Shown: positions 7,853 through 16,336 of the stretch, one piece after another
Layout: every line of letters starts with the position of its first letter
Numbering within the stretch: the first letter of the stretch is position 1
Virus record (IMG/VR): IMGVR_UViG_2898799289_000011
Origin: an uncultured virus (IMG/VR IMGVR_UViG_2898799289_000011)
Taxonomy: Duplodnaviria; Heunggongvirae; Uroviricota; Caudoviricetes
DNA: 20,000 nucleotides
Direction: 5' to 3' (one strand)
Position numbers and translations under genes: made by a program
The notes under the pieces: generated by a model
The model's database searches: none
What the model was told of the DNA's origin: nothing
Seen by the model: the letters and a program-made list of their open reading frames with translations, nothing else

Positions 7853-10134
7853 TGGCGGACACCTCGTGGATGGCGCGCGTCGGCGCGCGCCTCGTGACCA
7901 ACGGCTACGCGATCCTGCCGATCGCGCCCGGCACCAAGAAACCAGGCCAGTTCGCCCGCGCGGGCTGGTACGACTACCCGAAGTGGAACCGGCATGCGAG
8001 CCGCGCCACGACCGAGCTCGAGGTCGCGACCTGGTCCAGCTGGCCCGACTGCGGCGTCGGGATCGTCGGCGGCGCGGTCGCCGCGCTCGACATCGACATC
8101 GCCGAGGATGGCGAGTTGGCGCTGCACATCGAGCGGCTGGCCCGCGAGCGGCTTGGCGATACGCCGGCGCTCAGGATCGGCAAGGCACCGAAGCGGCTGC
8201 TGGTCTATCGCACGCGAGAGCCCTTCGCCGGGATCCGGCGTGCGCCGCTGGAGGTGCTCTGCCTCGGTCAGCAGTTCGTGGCCTATGCCAAGCATCCCGA
8301 TACCGGCCAGCCCTATGCCTGGCCGGACGAGGGGCTCGCCGATCTCGACATCGAGAGCCTGCCCGAGATCGACGCCGACAGGGTAGCAGCGTTCCTCGAC
8401 GAGGCGCTGGCGCTGATCCCGCCCGAGCTGCGCCCGAAGAGCCTCGGCGCGAAGGGGGCGAACGGGGCCGGGCACCCGTGTCTGCCGTCGCATGCACAGG
8501 CCGGCACGCTGGCCGCGATCCGGAGTGCGCTCGCCTGGCTCCCGAACGACGAGCTCGACTACGACAGCTGGATGCGCATCGGCATGGCGCTGAAGGGCGC
8601 GCTGGGCGAGGAGGGCGCGACGATTTTCGCCGACTGGTCGGCGCAGGCGGCCAAGAACGACCCGGCCGCGACGGCGAAGGCATGGGCGAGCTTCAGGCCC
8701 GCGCGGATCGGCGCCGGCACGATCTATCACCTCGCCATGGAGAAGGGCTGGCGCCCCGACCCCGACCTGCTGCTCGACGGCAGTCAGAAGGATTTTGCGG
8801 CCGACGAGCATCCCGCGGCCGGCCTCCTCGCGCAGCTCGCCCAGCCCGAAGCCCCGATGCCGATCCTTCCGCCTGCGCCATCGTTCACGCTGACGATCCC
8901 GGGTGGGCTCGTGGGCGATCTCGCGCGCTACATGATCGACACGGCGCGCAGACCGCAGCCGCTTCTTGCGGTGGGAGCCAGCCTCTGCGCCCTCGGCGCG
9001 CTGATGGGTCGGCGCTACCGCACGGCGACCGACCTGCGCACGAACCTCTACATCGTCGGCATCGCGGACAGCGGCTCGGGCAAGAACCACGCCCGCGAGG
9101 TCGTCAACGAGCTGTTCTTCGCGGCGGGGCTGGCGCATCACCTCGGCGGCAACAAGATCGCCTCCGGCGCGGGGCTCCTGACCGCGCTCCACCGTCAGCC
9201 CGCGATCTTGTTCCAGATCGATGAGTTCGGCATGTTCCTCTCGGCGGCGGCCGACCGGAAGCGCAGTCCGCGCCATGTCACCGAGATCCTCGACAACATG
9301 ACCGAGCTCTACACCGCCGCCTGCGGGGTCTTCCTCGGCGCGGAATACGCCAACCGCGACGGGTCTAACGAGCGGCGCGACATCGTCCAGCCCTGCCTCT
9401 GCGTCTATGGCACGACGACGCCACTGCATTTCTGGGGGGCGCTGCAGGGTGCCAATGTGGTGGACGGCTCGCTCGCTCGGCTCATCATCCTGCCGAGCGA
9501 GGAGGACTACCCGGACGAGAACCGCCGTGCCGGGCTGCGCACGTCGCCGCGACCGCTGATCGAAGGGCTGCAGCGCCTTGCGGCGGGCGGCGGGGCGAGC
9601 GGCAATCTAGCGGGCCGGACCTCCGGACCCGAGACCGCGGTCGATCCGATGACCGTGCCGATGGACGACGACGCGCAGGCGCGCTTCGACGCGCTCGGCG
9701 AGGAGATCACCGCCGAACTCAGGGCCGCGGCCGGCACGTTCCACACCCCGATCCTCGCTCGGATCGCAGAGAATGCGGCCAAGGTCGCGCTCGTTGTGGC
9801 CGTGGGGCGGGATTCGGTCCAACCCGTGATCCGGCTCGAGGATGCCGTCTGGGCGATCGAGTTCGTGCGCCACTTCGCGCGGCGCACCATCGACGCCGTC
9901 GAGCGCCATGTCGCCGATACCGAGACCGAGGCGCATCTGAAGCGGGTGCGCGAGATCATCCGCAAGGCAGGGGCGGTCGGCGTCACCAAGTCCGAGCTGA
10001 CCCGCGCCTCGCAATGGCTCCGGGCGCGCGACCGCGACGACATCCTGCTCACGCTGGTCGAGAGCGGCGACATCGCCACGGTCGAGCAGGAGACCGGGGG
10101 GCGGAAGGCCATGCGCTTCCGGGCGATGCGGTGA
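7852..10134 (+). CDS. Bifunctional primase-polymerase (Prim-Pol) + PriCT-2 + DUF3987-type P-loop helicase
   Basis: GYAILPI.PGTKKP, ALDIDI, QFVAY.KHPDTG.PY.W; YDSWMRIGMALK...WS; Walker A ADSGSGKN, Walker B FQIDEFG, DGSLAR; C-terminal wHTH-like region; TGATG coupling. Confidence 0.9.
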   Translation: MADTSWMARVGARLVTNGYAILPIAPGTKKPGQFARAGWYDYPKWNRHASRATTELEVATWSSWPDCGVGIVGGAVAALDIDIAEDGELALHIERLARERLGDTPALRIGKAPKRLLVYRTREPFAGIRRAPLEVLCLGQQFVAYAKHPDTGQPYAWPDEGLADLDIESLPEIDADRVAAFLDEALALIPPELRPKSLGAKGANGAGHPCLPSHAQAGTLAAIRSALAWLPNDELDYDSWMRIGMALKGALGEEGATIFADWSAQAAKNDPAATAKAWASFRPARIGAGTIYHLAMEKGWRPDPDLLLDGSQKDFAADEHPAAGLLAQLAQPEAPMPILPPAPSFTLTIPGGLVGDLARYMIDTARRPQPLLAVGASLCALGALMGRRYRTATDLRTNLYIVGIADSGSGKNHAREVVNELFFAAGLAHHLGGNKIASGAGLLTALHRQPAILFQIDEFGMFLSAAADRKRSPRHVTEILDNMTELYTAACGVFLGAEYANRDGSNERRDIVQPCLCVYGTTTPLHFWGALQGANVVDGSLARLIILPSEEDYPDENRRAGLRTSPRPLIEGLQRLAAGGGASGNLAGRTSGPETAVDPMTVPMDDDAQARFDALGEEITAELRAAAGTFHTPILARIAENAAKVALVVAVGRDSVQPVIRLEDAVWAIEFVRHFARRTIDAVERHVADTETEAHLKRVREIIRKAGAVGVTKSELTRASQWLRARDRDDILLTLVESGDIATVEQETGGRKAMRFRAMR

Positions 10135-10147
10135 GGGCCGGGACGAT

Positions 10148-10402
10148 GCTTCCTTCAACCGCCCCCATCCTTCATTTGAAGGAAGTACCCGCCCAAGTCT
10201 CCGTCCTCGAACGGAAATCCACGGCGGCGGACTTCTTTCAATACTTCACGCAAGACGACCCGCGCGCATGGAGGGGGTGGAGTGCCACACCCATACCCCA
10301 TGAAGAAACTGAAATATTGAAAGAAGAGATTTATCCTCATTCTGCCAATGGCTTGCGGCCCCACTTCCTTCAAGCAGGCGGGGTGAAGCCATTGAAGGAA
10401 GC
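10148..10402. repeat. Putative phage replication origin: three inverted pairs of CTTC(C/T)TTCAA iteron-like motifs
   Basis: CTTCCTTCAA 10149-10158 / TTGAAGGAAG 10176-10185; CTTCTTTCAATACTTCA 10232-10248 / TGAAATATTGAAAGAAG 10310-10326; CTTCCTTCAA 10364-10373 / TTGAAGGAAG 10392-10401. AT-enriched and directly after the primase-helicase gene. Confidence 0.72.
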
Positions 10403-10526
10403 GCCGGGCGCCCCCGGCATCGACAACGTGACCGTGACCAGACCTCGCGATCCCGGCCCGGGCGCGCGTGCTGCCCTCGCCAGGCAGCCGTGCCGCCCCG
10501 GCCACTCAATCGAAGAGGAGGTCGTC

Positions 10527-11048
10527 ATGGACCGCACCCCACCCATCGCTCCGGCGCCTCTCACGGCTGCCGGCAATCTCAACCGCTGCATTCTCGCGCT
10601 GGATCTCGGCACCAACACCGGCTGGGCGTTGCGCGCCCCGGACGGGCTGATCACCAGCGGGACCGCGAGCTTCCGCCCCGGCCGCTATGACGGTGGCGGC
10701 ATGCGCTATCTGCGCTTCACGAACTGGCTCACCGAGATCGACCGCCTGTCGGGCCCAATTACCGCCATCTGGTTCGAGGAGGTGCGCCGGCACGCCGGAA
10801 CGGACGCGGCCCATGTCTATGGCGGGCTCATGGCCACGCTGACCGCATGGGCCGAGCTGCGCGGCGTGCCCTATGCCGGCGTCCCTGTAGGCACGATCAA
10901 GCGTCATGCCACCGGCAAGGGCAATGCGCCGAAGGAGGCGATGATCGCAGCCGCGCGGGCCCGGGGCTTCAGCCCCGCCGACGACAACGAGGCCGACGCC
11001 ATCGCGCTGCTGCTCTGGGCGATCGAGACGAACGGGGGTGTCGCATGA
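10527..11048 (+). CDS. RuvC-like Holliday junction resolvase
   Basis: ILALDLGTNTGWA, WFEEV, TIKRHATGKGNAPK, DDNEADA catalytic pattern; GAGGAGG RBS before ATG 10527. Confidence 0.85.
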   Translation: MDRTPPIAPAPLTAAGNLNRCILALDLGTNTGWALRAPDGLITSGTASFRPGRYDGGGMRYLRFTNWLTEIDRLSGPITAIWFEEVRRHAGTDAAHVYGGLMATLTAWAELRGVPYAGVPVGTIKRHATGKGNAPKEAMIAAARARGFSPADDNEADAIALLLWAIETNGGVA

Positions 11049-11245
11049 GGTGGCATCCCAGGGGCTACGGCGGCCAGCGCCGGGATCCGGAGCAGGTGAA
11101 GCGCGAGGGCTGGCGCGAGCAGGGTCTGCTCGCCGTCTCGCTAGAGGATGCGCGGCTGACATGGCCGGAGCGGGAACTCGTCAGACAGCTGGGCGAAAAG
11201 CTCTACGGGCCGCGCCCCTCCAACGAGGGAGGGCGCCATGGATAA
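11045..11245 (+). CDS. Small conserved phage hypothetical protein
   Basis: MRWHPRGYGGQRRDPEQVKREGW..., ATGA coupling with the upstream stop and overlap with the next gene. Confidence 0.72.
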   Translation: MRWHPRGYGGQRRDPEQVKREGWREQGLLAVSLEDARLTWPERELVRQLGEKLYGPRPSNEGGRHG

Positions 11246-11666
11246 GTGGACCCCGTCCCTCGTCGAGGCACGCCTCGCTGAAGCGGCCTACGTGCTCAAG
11301 CGCCTGCCCGAGCCGCGACGGCGAGGTTATTTCAGCACCTGGCCCGAGATCGTCCACTCCTTTGGCGACAAGGTGGGTCAGGAGCCCAAGCCCATGCGCG
11401 TCCTGCCTTCCCCGCAGGCGATCAGCCGCATGGAGGAGACGCTGACCTGGACCGCCTGCCTCGACCCGGTCGACGGCAAGATCGTGTGGATGCGGGCCTA
11501 TGGCGAACGCTGGAAGACTATCTGCTGGACGGTCGGTTTGCAGCGCTCTGCCGCCCACCAGCACTGGCTCTACGGGCTCTGCGTCATCGCGCTGCGGCTC
11601 AACAGGCGTCGGTTCAACCGCAACCTGTCGAAACGACACGTGATTGAACTGGCTGGTGGCGCGTAG
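11238..11666 (+). CDS. DUF6362-like protein, probable late-transcription regulator
   Basis: W...VEARL.EAA.VL.RLP, PSPQAISRMEETLTW, C-terminal HTH-like W..IC..VGL.RS; sits at the early/late junction; GGAGG RBS. Confidence 0.75.
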   Translation: MDKWTPSLVEARLAEAAYVLKRLPEPRRRGYFSTWPEIVHSFGDKVGQEPKPMRVLPSPQAISRMEETLTWTACLDPVDGKIVWMRAYGERWKTICWTVGLQRSAAHQHWLYGLCVIALRLNRRRFNRNLSKRHVIELAGGA

Positions 11667-11874
11667 CCCTGCGCGTCACAGGGGAAGGTGTGCGGCGGAC
11701 AGTTTTCGACGGGACAGAAAACCGGCTCGCGGGCTAGGTTCGGGATAAGCTCGGGAGAGATGCGCGCGGCGCAGCCCCGAACGAAACCATCCTTTCGTTG
11801 ACGGGTCCGCTAAGAAAGGAAAGGTCATTATCCTTTCCTTGTGGGCCGCCGCCCGCCGCCGCCACCGAGGTCGC

Positions 11875-11930
11875 GGTTCCTTCCGGGCCGAAATCCTATG
11901 CTGGCGGGCGAAGCGCGGGACATCGCCAGC
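11875..11930 (+). other. Candidate lambda-like cos packaging site (cosQ-like GGTTCCT + cosN-like GC-rich core)
   Basis: GGTTCCTTCCGG...CTATGCTGGCGGGCGAAGCGCGG resembles lambda GGGTCCTTTCCGG...TTACGGGGCGGCGACCTCGCGG; non-coding; element encodes a GpA-type terminase. Confidence 0.5.
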
Positions 11931-12115
11931 GACAGGGCCGGATTTTTGGGAAGCCACCCGGAAGCCGGACCCCCCCGAGCCCCGCGCAAACACCAATGAA
12001 CGCTGGCCTTCCGACCGGACACCGCTGGTCGCCGCTGGACTCCGTGTGGGGTCCAGCCCGGCATCCGGAGTCCGGAAGCCACCGGCATCCACCCGACCGA
12101 GGAAACTTGCCCACC

Positions 12116-13492
12116 ATGACGCTGAGCTTCGCCCCGGACGCGATCGAGACGTGGCCGCTGTCGCGCCTCCAGCCCTACGCGAAGAACGCGAAGGCGCACG
12201 GCCCGGACCAGGTCGCCAAGATCGCCGCCAGCATGGCCGAGTTCGGCTGGACCGTGCCCTGCCTCGTCGCCGAGGACGGCGAGCTGATCGCGGGCCATGG
12301 CCGCGTGCTGGCAGCGACGCAGCTCGGGCTGACCGAGGCACCGGTGATCGTGCTCGGCCACCTAACCGAGGCGCAGCGCCGGGCTTACCGGATTGCGGAC
12401 AACAAGCTGACGGAGCTCGGCACCTGGGACGAGGCGCTGCTGTCGGCGGAACTGAATGACCTGCTGGCGGAGGATTTCGACCTGTCGCTGGTTGGCTTCT
12501 CCGACGGCGAACTCGACAAGCTGCTGGCCTTCGATCTCGACGGTGGCGGCGAGGAAGAGGGCGCCGGGGGCTCCGTGCCGCCGGTGACCATCCCCGAGCC
12601 GCCGCGCAATCCGACCTCGCGCACCGGCGATCTGTGGATCCTTGGCGACCATCGGCTGCTGTGCGGCGACAGCACCAGCGCGGCCGACGTGCGCCGCCTG
12701 ATGAACGGCGAACGGGCGATCCTGTTTGCGACCGACCCGCCCTATCTGGTGGACTACGACGGCTCGAACCATCCGACCCGCAACAAGGACTGGTCCGCCT
12801 CCTACGGCACGACCTGGGACGACAGCTCGCAGGGCGCGGAACTCTACGACGGCTTCATCGCCGCTGCCGTTGCCGAGGCGATCACCGAGGATGCGGCCTG
12901 GTACTGCTGGCACGCCTCGCGTCGCCAGGCGATGCTGGAAGCGTGCTGGGAAAAGGCTGGGGCCTTCGTCCACCAGCAGATCATCTGGGTGAAGGACCGC
13001 GGGGTTCTGACCCGGTCCCATTACCTCTGGAAGCACGAGCCCTGCTTCATGGGCTGGCGCCGCCCGAACCGGCCCCCGAAGGTGGCCGAGGAAACCCTGC
13101 CATCGACATGGGCGCTGCCCAGCTTCGCCAAGGATGACCGGCCCGACCATCCGACGCCGAAACCGCTCGACGCCTTCGGCATCCCGATGCGACAGCATGT
13201 TGCGCGGGGCGGCCTCTGCTACGAGCCGTTCTCGGGCTCCGGCTCGCAGATCATGGCGGGCGAAGCCAATGGCCGCCGCGTCTTCGCGATGGAAATCAGC
13301 CCGGCCTATGTCGATGTCGCCGTGGAACGCTGGCAGGCCGAGACCGGGCGCGACGCGATCCTCGATGGCGATGGCCGAACCTTCGCCGAGGTGAGGACCG
13401 AGCGGCTGGGAGACGACGCCGAGACCCCAGCCGATATGCCGGACACGGACGCCGCTCCCGAACCCGCGGGAAAGCGCAAGACCGCCGCGTGA
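12116..13492 (+). CDS. ParB-like N-terminal domain + N6-adenine/N4-cytosine DNA methyltransferase (beta class)
   Basis: N-terminal PYAKNAKAH...EFGW..P...LIAGHGR...ADNKL; W.LG.HRLLCGDS; catalytic DPPY precedes HPTPKP and EPFSGSGS; GAGGA RBS. Confidence 0.92.
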   Translation: MTLSFAPDAIETWPLSRLQPYAKNAKAHGPDQVAKIAASMAEFGWTVPCLVAEDGELIAGHGRVLAATQLGLTEAPVIVLGHLTEAQRRAYRIADNKLTELGTWDEALLSAELNDLLAEDFDLSLVGFSDGELDKLLAFDLDGGGEEEGAGGSVPPVTIPEPPRNPTSRTGDLWILGDHRLLCGDSTSAADVRRLMNGERAILFATDPPYLVDYDGSNHPTRNKDWSASYGTTWDDSSQGAELYDGFIAAAVAEAITEDAAWYCWHASRRQAMLEACWEKAGAFVHQQIIWVKDRGVLTRSHYLWKHEPCFMGWRRPNRPPKVAEETLPSTWALPSFAKDDRPDHPTPKPLDAFGIPMRQHVARGGLCYEPFSGSGSQIMAGEANGRRVFAMEISPAYVDVAVERWQAETGRDAILDGDGRTFAEVRTERLGDDAETPADMPDTDAAPEPAGKRKTAA

Positions 13493-14830
13493 CATGCATG
13501 ACCTGGCTTTACCTTCCTCCGGACGCGATTCCGGGGCCGGAGACGCATGCCTCTTCGGCCTTTCTCTCTGCTCTGGCGCGGGTGGGCTCGACCTCGGGCT
13601 CGCCATCGCCATCCCCGGATATCGTGCTGTGGGCCATGTCGAACGGGAAACCTTCGCCGCAGCCACTCTCGTGGCGCGGATGGAAGACGCGTCCCTGGAT
13701 CAGGCTGTTGTCTGGGACGACGTTGGAACCTTCGACGGCCATCCGTGGCGCGGCGCGGTGGACATCGTTACTGCGGGCTATCCGTGCCAGCCGTTCTCGG
13801 TCGCGGGCAAGCGCCGGGGTGCCGACGACCCGCGCCACCTCTGGCCCCATGTCGCCCGCATCATCGACGAGGTCCGGCCGCCCTTCGTCTTCCTCGAGAA
13901 TGTCGCTCATCATCTCCGTCTCGGCTTCCCCGAAGTCGCCAGCGGAATGGTCGGCATGGGCTACCGCCTTGCGGCAGGCCTCTTCACGGCGGCGGAAGTC
14001 GGCGCGCCCCACAAGCGCGAACGGCTGTTCATCCTTGCCATCCGCGAGGGGGACGAGCTGGCCGACCCCGCGCGCCTGCTCTGGGACCCGGTCGAGTGGC
14101 GGGAACCGGACGGAGCTGCTGCGGCTCTGGCCGACGCCGAGGGCCAGCGCGAACGAGAACCGGCAGACGAAGCCGACGCCTTCGCAAGCGGCGGGGCAGC
14201 ATGGGATGAACCTCGCGACGACGGCCGCGCTCTGGCCGACGCCGATGGCGAACGACGGCTGCAAGCCGAGCGCGGGCAACCGTCGCTTGGCCGACCTGAC
14301 CCATTCGGCGGGGATGTGGATGACGCCGACGGCTCGAGACCACAAGGATGGGGCGACCACCTTGGCGAACACGCCGGTGAACGGGCTGCTTGGCCGCCAG
14401 GTCCTGGTGACNNNNNNNNNNNNNNNNNNNNNNNNNNNNNNNNNNNNNNNNNNNNNNNNNNNNNNNNNNNNNNNNNNNNNNNNNNNNNNNNNNNNNNNNN
14501 NNNNNNNNNNNGGCCGACCTGACCCATTCGGCGGGGATGTGGATGACGCCGACGGCTCGAGACCACAAGGATGGGGCGACCACCTTGGCGAACACGCCGG
14601 TGAACGGGCTGCTTGGCCGCCAGGTCCTGGTGACGCCGCTGGCTGGGAGCGATACCTCCGAGCCGCGCCGAACCTTGAACCCGCTGTTCGTCGAGGCGCT
14701 GATGGGCTGGCCCACCGGGTGGACCGGCTTCGGCTCTGTGGCAATGGCGTGGTCCCCCTGGTTGCAGCGCATGCGTTGCGAACTCTCGCGGCTGAGCTGC
14801 TGGCCGATGGATGACGGGGCGCCAGCATGA
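13489..14830 (+). CDS. Overlapping-frame beta-like polypeptide of the C5 methyltransferase (WPTP repeats + motif IX-like segment)
   Basis: Stop-free over the whole alpha gene after collapsing the gap. GTG 13489 overlaps the upstream stop (GTGA; alternative ATG 13498) and TGA 14828-14830 overlaps the next ATG. Encodes RTLNPLFVEALMGWPTGWT and four W(P/M)TP repeats. Confidence 0.72.
13494..14814 (+). CDS. C5 cytosine DNA methyltransferase, alpha-like polypeptide (motifs I-VIII and X); intact 365 aa once the gap duplication is collapsed
   Basis: LSLCSGAGG (I), AGYPCQPFS (IV), FLENV (VI), APHKRERLF (VIII), RLRLCGNGVVP (X). Removing 223 nt (100 N + 123-bp duplicate) joins the frames: 1321-223=1098 nt. 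Confidence 0.9.
14289..14634. other. Assembly gap (100 N, 14412-14511) flanked by an identical 123-bp duplication
   Basis: 14289-14411 is identical to 14512-14634 and both copies end exactly at the gap edges. Confidence 0.93.
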
Positions 14831-15042
14831 AGCAATCGCGCGCCATGTCGTTGGTCGAGTCCGTCGCCAACGTGATCGTCGGCTACGGGGTCGCCGTCGT
14901 CACGCAGATCCTGATCTTCCCGGTCTTCGGGCTGCACACGACGCTGGCCCAGAACCTGAAGATGGGCGCGGTGTTCACCGTGGTCAGCATCGCGCGGTCC
15001 TACGTCCTGCGGCGGCTGTTCGAACGGCTGCGGCGGGTCTAA
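14827..15042 (+). CDS. Small two-TM membrane protein of phage methylase modules
   Basis: MKQSRAMSLVESVANVIVGYGVAVVTQILIFP...SIARSYVLRRLFE; two hydrophobic segments; ATGA coupling. Confidence 0.8.
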   Translation: MKQSRAMSLVESVANVIVGYGVAVVTQILIFPVFGLHTTLAQNLKMGAVFTVVSIARSYVLRRLFERLRRV

Positions 15043-15085
15043 GCCGCCGCTGGCGGATCGGCCATCCCGCTGGTAGCCTTGGCAC

Positions 15086-15283
15086 ATGTCCGAAGGCTGG
15101 AAACATATCGAGATCAACGATCACGGGACCATCGTCGTCCTGCGTCCGATCTCGGACGAGGGACGGGACTGGCTTGTTGAGCATGTCGGTGAGCCGGAAC
15201 CGGGCGGCATCTACACCTGCGAGCCGCGCATGGCGCAGGATATCCTGCAGGCCGCCGCCCGCGATCTGCTGTCGTGGCAATGA
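15086..15283 (+). CDS. Small hypothetical protein
   Basis: 65-aa globular-looking ORF filling the gap before a convergent hairpin; weak RBS. Confidence 0.55.
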   Translation: MSEGWKHIEINDHGTIVVLRPISDEGRDWLVEHVGEPEPGGIYTCEPRMAQDILQAAARDLLSWQ

Positions 15284-15310
15284 GAAACCGCCGCCCGGTC
15301 GGGGCGGCGG
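15282..15310 (-). terminator. Terminator-like hairpin between convergent genes
   Basis: CCGCCGCCC (15288-15296) / GGGCGGCGG (15302-15310), followed on the minus strand by a short TTTCT. Confidence 0.55.
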
Positions 15311-15331
15311 CGTAGCAATCGACTCGCGGCG

Positions 15332-15862
15332 TCAGGCGGCGGGAAGCCGGTAGACCCGGCCGCGTCCTTCGACCTTCTCCGAGGTCACCTCAAGCCCGAG
15401 CTTCTTCTTCAGGGCGCCGGACATGGCGCCGCGAACGGTGTGGGCCTGCCAGCCGGTGGCGGCGACGATCTCGTCGATGGTGGCGCCCCCCTCGGCGCGG
15501 AGCATTGCGATCAGCGCCTCTTGCTTGGTGCCGCTGCGGCGGCGGACGGGCTCGGGCGCAAGCGTGGTCTCGGCCCGCCCGTCCTGCGGCTGCTCCGGAT
15601 CCTCCGTGATCCCGAGGGTGCTGTAGGCCAGCGGGGTGGCGCGCAGGGTGATGGGTCCATGTTCGTCGTCGTGCCGCCAGACGGTGTTGAGGTCGGTGGC
15701 GGGCACCTCCTCGATCAGCCCGTGCTTGAGGAGGCTCTTGCAGACGTTGCCGACGGCGCCGCCCTTGAGGTTGGCGGTGACGGGGAACACCATCCCGTCC
15801 TCGCGCGCGCAGGCGGCGGAAAGGATGACGGCTTGGGCGTCGGAAAGCTGGATCTGGGTCAT
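15332..15862 (-). CDS. DUF3489 family protein (winged-helix-like)
   Basis: LSDAQAVILS.A; C-terminal GTKQ..LIAML....GATIDEI..ATGWQAHTVRGAMSGALKKKLGL...GRVYRL; GGAG RBS. Confidence 0.88.
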   Translation of the reverse strand: MTQIQLSDAQAVILSAACAREDGMVFPVTANLKGGAVGNVCKSLLKHGLIEEVPATDLNTVWRHDDEHGPITLRATPLAYSTLGITEDPEQPQDGRAETTLAPEPVRRRSGTKQEALIAMLRAEGGATIDEIVAATGWQAHTVRGAMSGALKKKLGLEVTSEKVEGRGRVYRLPAA

Positions 15863-15957
15863 GGGTCGTCTCCGTGCTCGGGGCCGCGACCGTCGCAGCC
15901 CTCCTACGACCCCGAGCCGCGCAGGGCGCGCGGCAGGAGTTCCGGCGGTGCCGGAGA

Positions 15958-16224
15958 TCAGCGGGCGTGTTCGCCCTCGCCGAAGGCGCTGTCGGTGATG
16001 CGCTTGAGAAGGCTGGCGTAGTGTTCGAGGGTGCCGACCATGGCCCAGCCGACCTCGTCGGGGTGGCAGTCGAAATGGTCGTCGCTGAGCGCCTGCAGCC
16101 GGGCGAGCATCTCGTCGATCTCGGCCTTCTTGCCGATGAAGGCACTCAGGGCGGCCTCCTTGTTGCGACGCGCCTTCTCGGCGCGGAGCTCAATGCGCGG
16201 GGTGGTGATGGTGGTGTTCGTCAT
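15958..16224 (-). CDS. Conserved small phage protein
   Basis: ALSAFIGKKAEIDEMLARLQALSDDHF...EVGW..VGTLEHYASLL..ITD.AF.EGEHA; AAGGA RBS. Confidence 0.78.
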   Translation of the reverse strand: MTNTTITTPRIELRAEKARRNKEAALSAFIGKKAEIDEMLARLQALSDDHFDCHPDEVGWAMVGTLEHYASLLKRITDSAFGEGEHAR

Positions 16225-16336
16225 GGCGGTGGTCCTTGGGCTGAGTTGCATCGTCCTTGTGCAATCAGAATCGCTCTGCAGCGCCGGAAAGCGTAGGCAA
16301 TTCAAAGCCATATGATTGCTATCTGGCCGCCCGCGC

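Noticed and set aside
10014..10526. N-terminal extension of the RuvC-like ORF (344-aa call)
   Set aside because: It runs through the primase end and the repeat-rich origin-like region. A strong GAGGAGG RBS marks ATG 10527 as the likely start.
11798..12115. N-terminal extension of the ParB-methyltransferase (564-aa call)
   Set aside because: Pro/Gly-rich translation of regulatory/cos-like DNA; the ParB domain and RBS begin at ATG 12116.
14289..14634. 123-bp direct repeat and apparent frameshift/pseudogene in the C5 methyltransferase
   Set aside because: The identical copies abut a 100-N scaffold gap, and collapsing them restores both reading frames. It is most likely an assembly overlap artefact.
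14827..15042. Holin/lysis cassette
   Set aside because: It has two hydrophobic segments, but there is no adjacent endolysin or spanin and it is coupled to the methylase genes.
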